Source of the DNA: Prorocentrum cordatum
Lineage: Eukaryota
DNA: 64,000 nucleotides
Direction of reading: 5' to 3'
NCBI GenBank assembly: GCA_963575745.1
Contig: CAUYUJ010000056.1
Location: forward strand, 1-64,000
Both the position numbers and the translations under genes were made by a program. The notes beneath the pieces are model-generated. The model was not told the DNA's origin. It searched no databases and was given only the letters and a program-made list of their open reading frames with translations. Numbering within the stretch: position 1 is the first letter of the stretch; each line of letters opens with the position of its first letter. Below are positions 43,907 through 52,420 of the stretch, in pieces.

Positions 43907-46900
43907 TTCGCGAACAAATTTGTTCGAACCCTTGACCCATCAGGGTATAATGGCGGGTCCATCTGCGCTGGTGGTGGCCTCTGGCCCTGGGACATGCTCG
44001 GATGAGCATTGAACGCTGGGATGAAGGCTCGCTGCCGAGCAGGATCCCTTGGGTTGGGACCCTCAGGTTCCCAGGACCAGGCCGGCCTCCACCTCTGCCC
44101 ACTTGGGTGAGGCAGATTATGGCTCTGCACCTGCTGCACAGCGGCCGCCACTCTTGCACGGTAGTCGTCGGGCACACCAGCCCGATGGTGGCTTGGTGTG
44201 CCAGGCAGGTTTCCCTGCTGACTCGTTGGAGTGCCGGGCGGCATCATGTTCAGGAGAGCTGTGCCATGCTCAGCCCTAGCCGCAGCAATCCTCTCCATGA
44301 GGGTGCCGTTTGTGGCAGGGCGGCCAGGAGTCCCGAACGGAGACTGTGCAGGTGGTGTGGCCATTGGAGTCATGCCCCTCGGAGTGTGCATGCTCTGCGA
44401 GGGGCTTCCCTGCATTTGTTCAAACCGAGCAGGTCCGTTTATAGGCAGGTTTCCCTGCATGGCCTGACGGCTTCGCATTGCCATGGCGGACATTGCTCCC
44501 TGGCCTGCGGCCCAGGGGTCCTGCTGATATAACCTGTCCGCCAGTTGCTCTACCTGGTCAGGGTTCAGCGCGGCCGCTATCTGATCCAGGTCCGAGGTGC
44601 TGATGGCCTGCCAAGACACGGCACTAGGCCCTTGGCTTGGGGCACGGCTTGGAGCCGCGCTCCCGGCCTCACTCTCGGTGATCAGGAAGATCCGGTGGAT
44701 CTCGGGCTGGTTTCCCAGCTTGGTGGGACTATAGTGGTCCCCAACTTCCCTGTGGAGGTAGACCATGGGAGGGTCGACGCCCTCTTGGTCTCGGGACCAC
44801 TGGTATTTAACGCTAGCACTGCCAACGTTAGCCCACCTGTCAGGGGCAGACATTGTAGAAACGGGGACTCGCGTCCAGCGATTCCCCAGATACTCTGGAT
44901 TACGCCAGTGCTTTCCCGTGGCAAGGTCCTCTACATGAGAAATGCAGTACGGTTCAATGATACCGTTGTTTCCCTCAGACAAGAGGACTCCGTTATCGGA
45001 CCAACAGAACTTCATACCATCTTGCATGGCCTTGTGCCAATCCACGAAGATGATGATGTCTGAGTCTGGGTCCCACCCACTATTCACGGCACGACGGCGG
45101 ACCGTCGGCACGAAGTGGATGTGCGACCGGCCTGTCCCCCGTTTCTTCGTGTTGTGCTCGGGTCTACAGGACAGACCGTGCCACATAATGCCTTCGAAGG
45201 CATTCCACCGAGTGCCATGCATGGCGACTTCGGGGTATGGGGCCGGTCTCCCGGCAGGTTGGTCGCACAGTGCAATGTAGTTGTACAGCGACCATGGAGC
45301 TTTCAGTGTCCATGAATGCCCCTGAGAGGCGCGGATGAAGATAGCGGGCTCACCGGAGTCCCGCACCAACACCTTGAACTGAAGGCGCTGTTTTTCTTCT
45401 CCGTCTGGTTCACGGACATGAACAACTTCCATCATGATGGCTGCCAGTTGGTCAACCGAGCGAGCAAATAGCTGCTCATTGATGACTTTGGCCTCGTCAT
45501 ATCGTGGATTATACCCATCGTGTCTCGATTTTCCTGTGTTCCACGGATATTCACTCACGAGCTCCACGAGGTTAACCCAACCATCATGATCATCGAAGGA
45601 GTCCAGGCCCCACACGGGATTGTGAGGTTTGTCTGGCGCATGTCTGCATATCCTGCTGAGAGCTTTACTCAGCTGTTTGAGAGTGTGATTGGATGTAGGA
45701 AGGATTTTGTCTTGCCTGCACTTCTTCATGAATGCCTCGTCCACCGAACGTATCGGTGGGAGCTTCCGCAGAGCAAGTCTATCCCTGATCACACTCGGAC
45801 TCCCACTAGTGAAGGACGTGTCGCCTGGGTGGTGCAGCTGATCCACGGGCGGGTTTCCCCGCATAGGAACCTCTGTTGCTGAAGAGGCTGCGGCTCCTGA
45901 AGAGGAGGAAGCTGCAGCGGCAGCGCCTGGCGGGTTTCCCCGCGGTGATCCGCGACTGGCGCTGCCCCTAATCGTCGGCACCCAGGTACCCCTAGACATA
46001 GCACCTTCGTCGGACCTTTTGGAACGGGCCGCCACCGGCGAAGCTGGCGCAGGGGCATACCCGGTGCGCTCGAAAGCTGCGGCTCTTTTCGCAATGGAGC
46101 TGCTGCGACTGGGCGGACGTCTCCGTTCCTCCACAGGGTCCTGAGGTTGCTGCTTGGGCTCAGACGCTTGTGCAGGAGTTGCGCCAATCGGCGGCCTCGG
46201 AGTTGCAGACCGAGGCACCTCCATCTGCGCATCTGGCCCAGGGTCCTGAGAGTGCGCCTTCGGTTTCGCCTCCGAAGACGGCTTCGGTGCAGGGGTTTCA
46301 CTCTTAGCCTTCGACAGTAGTGGGAGTGGGGGTTTTCTAGCCCCCTTCATGTAAATTTTGCTGGAATCCTCCAACATCTGGCGAGTTGCCTCGCGTGCGC
46401 GTTCGTCTGCTATCCGCATGCGCTCCTCGTCCTCCGCAACGCGTTGGGCCTTCTGTTCATCCTTGGATGTCAGATCTGGTTGCTGGGACTGACTTGAAAC
46501 TCCGGGCGAGTTTCCTCGCATTCCAGGAAGACTAAAGAGCGCGTCTTTTTCTTCCTGGGTCATGGGCGCCAGTCCCCTTGGAGCCGTGGGAGGTTTATCC
46601 TCTTCGTCTTTCGGACCCAAGTGGCTCAAGATCCCGAGGCGGTGATTCACTTCTGCGATCTCGTCCTGTGTCATCGGGATAAGTTGCGGATGGCCCTCTT
46701 CATGAGGGGTTTTGCCCCTGCTGGGGCTCAGGCCTTCATTGTTGCCAACGGGGCATCCCGGCCTGTGGTTCTGGAACGGCTCGGAAAAAGGTCCGCAAGC
46801 TGCTTGGGGCCTATACTGCTTGCGAGCTGCGATGATGTCTCGCAGCTGAGTCCGCGCTTCTTGAATTTCAGGGCGGCGGATGTTTGTTGCAAGCTGATAT

Positions 46901-49900
46901 CCTCCACGGATAGCCTTGCCCTCAGTGTCCCTATGGGCAGGGTTGCCCTTGCCGAAGGCCGAGTGTTCCCCTTTTCGGCGTCTTGGGTCATTATACGGAA
47001 GCAGCTGGCCACCTCTCCTGAGAGCGTGTTCTTTCGGGCCAGCTTGCCTCCACTCACGAGGCAGCCGAGCCTGTGGATGTGGCTCTCCTCTGACGCGCGC
47101 ATGGGAACGCGACCTTCTGGTGTTCTCATCAGAAGAGGCGGCCGAAGCAGCCTGAGCGGCCACCGGTGGAGGCGCCTGCGGAGGCTCCTGTGCGATCCCA
47201 AGTGGATCGTCCGTCAGAGGCAGGTTTCCCTTCTGGCTGGAGCTTGGCGCAAATGGCGCTTGTGCCGATGGTGATGATGATTCAGACTCGTCGGGATCGA
47301 AGTCAACCTCTTCCTCACCATTAACTTCCATCATGAGGATTGTGACTTCATCCTCATCTAGTCCGCAACCATCGCCTTCTTCTTCTTCTGATGTAGAACT
47401 ACCGATGATGATGGCCATTGGCGTATCAGGTACAGGCAGGTTTCCCTGCATGGCCGGCGTCTGTGCGTCGCTCGGCTGCCCCGGGGTAGGAGGCGCTGTT
47501 GTCGGCTCAGGCTCGTTGCCGAGCACAGGCTGCCCGGCAATGTTGCGCATGGCCGTATGGTTTGGCCGCATTCCCACCGCCTGGAGACCCCATCCTGGCG
47601 GAGAAAGATCATGACCGCGCATGGCGATAGCCATTTCCAGAGCATTGCGCCATCTACCGCGGGAATATATCAGGTGTCTCTGCACGTCCTCAGGATGCAC
47701 GCTGTCAATGAGAGTCAGAGCTGCCAACAGCAACTCCGAGCTACCGCAGGCGTCGGTATCCTGCAGTATCATGCTGTCAGCTTCGATGTGCTCTTGACTC
47801 TCGGGATACGCGGTGATAAGTATCTCATGCATCCTCATGAGGGTATGCAGAAGAGTGCGTGGTCCGTATTCGCCTGGAGCAAGCGAACCAGGAGGTACAA
47901 ATGGGGTCTCTGGTTCACCTGCAATGAAAGCTTGTACGAAAGCCTGAGACTCCATTTCTATCAAGTCTTCAGTGGTTTGGGGATATTCTCCCATCAAAGA
48001 AGGCCTGTTTCCAGGCGGGATTCCGGGGGGAGGTTGGAGGTGGCGTTCAACCTCAGAAGGCGAGGCCTCTACAGTGATATCCTCGTCACTGCTTTCGTAG
48101 GCCATGATGTTACCTGGGTTCCCGAACATCCAGTCGAAGAAAGAAAGAGGCTGGTTTCCCAGCGTACCGTGATCCACGGGAGTGAGCTCGTTATTGCCAA
48201 TAACGAACCGGCGGACGTACTCGAGGTAGTACGCGTACAATCCATGACCATACGCCTCGAGCTCGTCGACGTTGTCCATGCAACTGACCCAAGTGTAAAA
48301 TATCTGCTCCATGGCTTCAAAATCCTGGAGGCTCAGATACTCAATGAATGGTTCACTTGAGCCAAAATGGACTTCGGTCGACCTGCCCTTTCCTTTTCCC
48401 TTCGCTGGACAATCTCGCGCAAGATGGTCGGTACTGTCACATTCATGGCATTTAAGAACCTGGCCGTCTCTACCTCGCGGGTTTCCCCGCCTACCCTTGC
48501 CTTTTCCTGAGGTCTCTCTACGGCCCTTGCCGCGGCCCTTTCCCCCAAAGAAGATCTCATCATATTGTTCATCTGAGAGCCTCTGGAGAAATGCCGCGAT
48601 GCCTCGTCCGTTCAACCTCCGACGACCACGCTTACCTTTACCTTTTCCCTTAAAACTCCTCCGAATCCTCCTTCTAACACGACGCACTGGTTTTCGCGTG
48701 AACCTCCTCCACCTTCGTTTGGCCTGTTGTAGTAACCAGAACAAATGTTCAGCGCGCTGATTGTCATTATCCATATTCATCATACCTGACCAATCTAAAG
48801 CCTCAACACCATCTGATGATACAGTATCTGTGTCGGTGCCGGAATCGAAATCCTCGTCTCCCAAGTAGGTGGATACACCGTCGGTTAGGGGGTTTGATTC
48901 ACCCCATAAGGAGCGGTGTGGTTGTGGTTCTCTGGAAGGAGGGCTGGTTGCCCAGCTTGGTTGTGATCGATCTCCTGCTAGTAGAGCAGTGGATTCTCCA
49001 GGATCATCAGCCCATATGCTTGAGGGCCCGTTCCCAGGCTGGGCTTCAGTAGTTAGGGTAGTGTAGAAATTTCCACTACCAGATCCCCTTCCCCTTCCAA
49101 ACACAGATCCTATATTGCCAGGAGACCGTTCGGATAGGTGGCCTATCGAACGCATCCTCTCCAGCAACTCATCATACTGTTGTTGTGTTCGGGGCATTTG
49201 GTGATTGAGTGGCTGTAAGAGTTGCATGGCTCGCTGGTTGCCGACGCCTAAGGCGCGGAACAAGATCGTGGTTAGTAGTTGGAAGTTGGGAAGGTCAAAT
49301 CCCACCGACTGTGCCTCAAGTCGGGCCATTTCGAATCGTGTAAGGGTGACATCGATTCGTTCCCCGTGAGGCACGTGGAAGTCGATGAGTTGTGTGCCGG
49401 AAGTGAGCTGGCGCTCATCTTCCAGGCGCTCGAACTTCATGCTTAGGAGGAACATGATGTAGGTCACTGGGTCAGTGTGGACCCCATCGATGTCAGCACC
49501 ATAATTTATAATGTCAGGCGGTACCCTCATGGCGAGTGTCCTCGCTAGGCCACCTAGGCCGCGTTGTATTGCGGCCGCTTGGGCCTGTGGCGTCATACGT
49601 CCGCTTGTGACGTTGAGCCATGCGTTGACCTCATAAACGTACTCACGGAAAGGTACGTTGCCTTGAGGGTCCCAATATGGGCCATGTGTTTGCCCATCGG
49701 TGCTGTTGTCTCCACGACGCATGTGTCCGATTGCTGCCCCCAGCGCGAACCATATGATAGCGAAGATAACCAGCCCAAGGCTGTGTAGATAAGGGCGGTT
49801 ATTAGGCGCGTTGCCGCGCTGGGGTAGCGCCTTGTCGAGTCTTCGAGGCGCTCTATCTGGCGGATCTCTCCGCCCCTGCTTCAAGTATTGCGCTTTTGGC

Positions 49901-50340
49901 TCGTTGCCGAGCGGTTGGTGGTAGCGCAATGATGAAGCGTATATGGTACCAATGTCGTTGTCTAGACGTCGTACCTCTCGTGTCGCTTCTTGCTCTTGGA
50001 TAGATCCTCGTAAACGTACTGGGAGTAATAGCGCAGGGTGGTAGGTGGTCACGAAGATCGTGCCGAAGAGTATGAGGCTAAAAAGAGCAAGAGCTGACCA
50101 CACGAGAGTGCGGCCAGCTCCGCTACCAAGTCGAAAGTGAGCCTGGTAACTCAAATAGCATCCGATACCATGGGGATCGGATGGCAGATAGCGTCCATTC
50201 CTCTGCTGCGGTGGTTCAGTATGGGGAATGGGCGGGTATGATAGGATAAGATCGATGTATCGGTCTTTCCAGCACATAGCGAACACAAGCAGTGTCCGGA
50301 CAAATAGGGCGCGCGTGCCTTGAGCCAAAGGCAACGGCAC
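43651..50340 (-). CDS. gag: Gag-like polyprotein with CCHC knuckle and embedded Tpt1/KptA domain (likely Gag ATG at 49722)
   Basis: 2229-codon ORF containing Gag-like PYWDP..FREY..W, a KGKGKG basic tract, CHECDSTDHLARDC (48409-48450) and Tpt1 motifs at ~44920-45680. Confidence 0.88.
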   Translation of the reverse strand: MPLPLAQGTRALFVRTLLVFAMCWKDRYIDLILSYPPIPHTEPPQQRNGRYLPSDPHGIGCYLSYQAHFRLGSGAGRTLVWSALALFSLILFGTIFVTTYHPALLLPVRLRGSIQEQEATREVRRLDNDIGTIYASSLRYHQPLGNEPKAQYLKQGRRDPPDRAPRRLDKALPQRGNAPNNRPYLHSLGLVIFAIIWFALGAAIGHMRRGDNSTDGQTHGPYWDPQGNVPFREYVYEVNAWLNVTSGRMTPQAQAAAIQRGLGGLARTLAMRVPPDIINYGADIDGVHTDPVTYIMFLLSMKFERLEDERQLTSGTQLIDFHVPHGERIDVTLTRFEMARLEAQSVGFDLPNFQLLTTILFRALGVGNQRAMQLLQPLNHQMPRTQQQYDELLERMRSIGHLSERSPGNIGSVFGRGRGSGSGNFYTTLTTEAQPGNGPSSIWADDPGESTALLAGDRSQPSWATSPPSREPQPHRSLWGESNPLTDGVSTYLGDEDFDSGTDTDTVSSDGVEALDWSGMMNMDNDNQRAEHLFWLLQQAKRRWRRFTRKPVRRVRRRIRRSFKGKGKGKRGRRRLNGRGIAAFLQRLSDEQYDEIFFGGKGRGKGRRETSGKGKGRRGNPRGRDGQVLKCHECDSTDHLARDCPAKGKGKGRSTEVHFGSSEPFIEYLSLQDFEAMEQIFYTWVSCMDNVDELEAYGHGLYAYYLEYVRRFVIGNNELTPVDHGTLGNQPLSFFDWMFGNPGNIMAYESSDEDITVEASPSEVERHLQPPPGIPPGNRPSLMGEYPQTTEDLIEMESQAFVQAFIAGEPETPFVPPGSLAPGEYGPRTLLHTLMRMHEILITAYPESQEHIEADSMILQDTDACGSSELLLAALTLIDSVHPEDVQRHLIYSRGRWRNALEMAIAMRGHDLSPPGWGLQAVGMRPNHTAMRNIAGQPVLGNEPEPTTAPPTPGQPSDAQTPAMQGNLPVPDTPMAIIIGSSTSEEEEGDGCGLDEDEVTILMMEVNGEEEVDFDPDESESSSPSAQAPFAPSSSQKGNLPLTDDPLGIAQEPPQAPPPVAAQAASAASSDENTRRSRSHARVRGEPHPQARLPREWRQAGPKEHALRRGGQLLPYNDPRRRKGEHSAFGKGNPAHRDTEGKAIRGGYQLATNIRRPEIQEARTQLRDIIAARKQYRPQAACGPFSEPFQNHRPGCPVGNNEGLSPSRGKTPHEEGHPQLIPMTQDEIAEVNHRLGILSHLGPKDEEDKPPTAPRGLAPMTQEEKDALFSLPGMRGNSPGVSSQSQQPDLTSKDEQKAQRVAEDEERMRIADERAREATRQMLEDSSKIYMKGARKPPLPLLSKAKSETPAPKPSSEAKPKAHSQDPGPDAQMEVPRSATPRPPIGATPAQASEPKQQPQDPVEERRRPPSRSSSIAKRAAAFERTGYAPAPASPVAARSKRSDEGAMSRGTWVPTIRGSASRGSPRGNPPGAAAAASSSSGAAASSATEVPMRGNPPVDQLHHPGDTSFTSGSPSVIRDRLALRKLPPIRSVDEAFMKKCRQDKILPTSNHTLKQLSKALSRICRHAPDKPHNPVWGLDSFDDHDGWVNLVELVSEYPWNTGKSRHDGYNPRYDEAKVINEQLFARSVDQLAAIMMEVVHVREPDGEEKQRLQFKVLVRDSGEPAIFIRASQGHSWTLKAPWSLYNYIALCDQPAGRPAPYPEVAMHGTRWNAFEGIMWHGLSCRPEHNTKKRGTGRSHIHFVPTVRRRAVNSGWDPDSDIIIFVDWHKAMQDGMKFCWSDNGVLLSEGNNGIIEPYCISHVEDLATGKHWRNPEYLGNRWTRVPVSTMSAPDRWANVGSASVKYQWSRDQEGVDPPMVYLHREVGDHYSPTKLGNQPEIHRIFLITESEAGSAAPSRAPSQGPSAVSWQAISTSDLDQIAAALNPDQVEQLADRLYQQDPWAAGQGAMSAMAMRSRQAMQGNLPINGPARFEQMQGSPSQSMHTPRGMTPMATPPAQSPFGTPGRPATNGTLMERIAAARAEHGTALLNMMPPGTPTSQQGNLPGTPSHHRAGVPDDYRARVAAAVQQVQSHNLPHPSGQRWRPAWSWEPEGPNPRDPARQRAFIPAFNAHPSMSQGQRPPPAQMDPPLYPDGSRVRTNLFANWRIRCIASLTCAAVTNLCTRTWPSCLHRHHQRWLSSPLPIQYRLAVGACLITSGRLTTLNRHVSGEGRPCKVYEIIHVQLHLRL
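44920..45680 (-). other. TPT1: Tpt1/KptA NAD+-dependent RNA 2'-phosphotransferase domain
   Basis: Motifs in canonical order: LSKALSRICRH, DGWV, KQR, IRASQGHS, HGT, GL..RSHIHF, IFVDWHKAMQDGMKF.WSDNGVLLSEG..GII.P. Confidence 0.88.
50117..50128 (-). promoter_or_regulatory. Primer-binding site TGGTAGCGGAGC (tRNA-iMet-like)
   Basis: It abuts the 5' LTR. TGGTAGC is complementary to the GCUACCA 3' end typical of eukaryotic initiator tRNA-Met. Confidence 0.85.
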
Positions 50341-50392
50341 GCGAGCTATGCGCCCGATACTATAACATCTCCCAAAGAGCTACCCTTAAAGT
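50129..50392 (-). repeat. 5' LTR (264 bp)
   Basis: Direct repeat of 34391-34654, followed by the PBS in element orientation. Confidence 0.95.
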
Positions 50393-52164
50393 CAAGCCTC
50401 CTCTTCATCACTATCTTTATATATTCCAAGCTCCTCCAATTCCGCTTCCTCCCCATCCACCTCTTGCCCCGCCTCGTACTCCTCCCCATCATCCCGATCA
50501 ATCCCCTCATAATCACCATCCACAGAATTATTCACATCATTGCAAATGCCACACTCATCAGACTTAGACTGAAATTAATCATCCCAGTTCTCTTCCCACA
50601 ATCTGACGCGTTTCAACGTCTTGCCTGGGACTGTCCGCAAGAGAAGAAGCACTACACTTCATCAATTGGCATGTTTGCGCTGCCAAAGAACGAAAAACCG
50701 CATGGGTGTGTTAAAATGTGCGTGCGTGGCTGGTGAGCGGCAACCGTGAAAACCTAAACGGCTGCGAATACCTATATAACATAAAACATGTACGCCCACG
50801 TATTTACACATACTCATATGGCAACCCACCACACCACATGATCATACATGTGGGCCCCAATGATCATTGTGGGCTCAGCCTCTTCCTCTTTTTCGATTTC
50901 TGATTCGTTCTTTCTCTCCCTCTCTCTCTCTCTGTCTATATGCTTCTCCTCCCCTCTTCTTCTCCTCCTCCTGCAGGAGCGGCCTTGCCAAAGGATTCGC
51001 GTTGAGGCGGTCGTGCAAATGTGTTTTCCTGGTGGCGGCCTTACAGAAGGATCTCCTTTTGAAAAGCCTTGCAGTGACTACTCTCTGAAGGGAGCCCTGT
51101 GTAAACACAGATACGCCATATTAATTCGAGGCTCTCTTAAGGAAAATCGTTAAAACCACATGGCTATGATGATATATATATATATACACATATATATGTA
51201 TATATACATATATATACATATCGTTTCTTCGATGTGGTAAGGAAAAACGCCGAACACACATACATACCATGTGCATGTATATAACTAATACATAATATAT
51301 CCAAGTTTTCTGGAGACGGGCACGCCTCCTCCGTCTCCTGCTTCTTCTTCGTCTCCAAGCCGCCCAGGGACAAGGTTTTTGCAAGGAAACCCGATTGATA
51401 AAACACAGATGTTCCACATACTGTTGTATGTCTTGGCAAGGAAGTCATGCAAACACATACCGGTCACACCTATTCTTACATGTTCTGGCACTGGGCACCC
51501 TTCCTGCTCGTGCCCCCCAGCCTCCTTGCAGCGCGTCCGTATCCAGAAACGCTTAAATCTCTCCCTCTCTCTCTCTCTCTCTCTTTCTCCCTTATATGTA
51601 TGTATAGATGAGGGACATATATGTGTTGTTGCAGGGTTTTCTTACCAAAACCTGGACAATACATTGACTATGTGTTTTCCCAGGGCTTCCTTGCCACAAT
51701 CTTCATCTCGAAACATCTATACGTATATACACATACATGCATACGTACGTACATACATACATACACAGCAACATACGTACGCGCACACACACATACATAT
51801 ATATATGTATATGTATACATATACAAGTGGCACGTGTGTGCCCAGGCTCGTACAAAAACACTGAAAGGGCGTTTGAAGCAGGAACGACATGCAACAGCGA
51901 AGTCACACCCGAGCGCAAGTGGGGTTGCCACACCTTGCGATGTGTGTACCAGGGCCCCCCAGGACGCATCAGGAGGCCCGACTTGGACACCAGAAGAGGT
52001 TCCAGGATGCCCCAGGATCGTGAGTGTTGTGTGTGTGTTTGTGTGTGTGATGTGTGCTCTGTGTTGTGCGTGCTTTTTGTACGTTGTAGGTGTTGTGTGT
52101 GTTATGTTTGTCTAGCGTGTGATGTGTTGGGCGTGATTTGTGTCTCTGTGTGTGCATGTAGTTC

Positions 52165-52420
52165 TGAGGCCCCAGGAGGCCCCAGAAAGCCCCAGGCGGC
52201 CTCAGGAGGCCCCAGGAGACCCCAGGAGGCTTCAGGAGGCCCCAAGAGGCTCCAGGAGGCCGCAGGAGGCCGCAGGAGGCCCCAGAGGTTTCAGGAGACC
52301 CCCAGGAGGCTCCGAGGCGGGGTCTGGGGTACCAGAAAGTTCAGAAAGCCCCAGGAGGCCCCAGGGACTTCCAGGAGGCCCCCAGGAGGCTCCGAGGCGG
52401 GGTCTGGGGTACCAGAGGAG
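52165..52420. repeat. 10-bp CCCCAGGAGG minisatellite
   Basis: Directly visible. Confidence 0.8.

Larger units (their letters stand above)
34391..50392 (-). mobile_element. 16.0-kb Ty1/Copia-type LTR retrotransposon with accessory Tpt1, RING-H2 and DNMT-like domains
   Basis: Paired 264-bp LTRs, CAAGC TSD (34386-34390 and 50393-50397), a PBS, and domain order Gag-PR-IN-RT-RH (integrase before RT is the Copia order). Confidence 0.96.

Noticed and set aside
43045..47449. GNLP/GNPP/GNEP as a repeated peptide motif or protease cleavage site
   Set aside because: The underlying hairpin also occurs in non-coding DNA and in other reading frames, so the peptide is a by-product.
49726..50106. env gene
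   Set aside because: Only two hydrophobic stretches lie upstream of Gag, with no ectodomain or fusion-protein features and in the wrong position for env.
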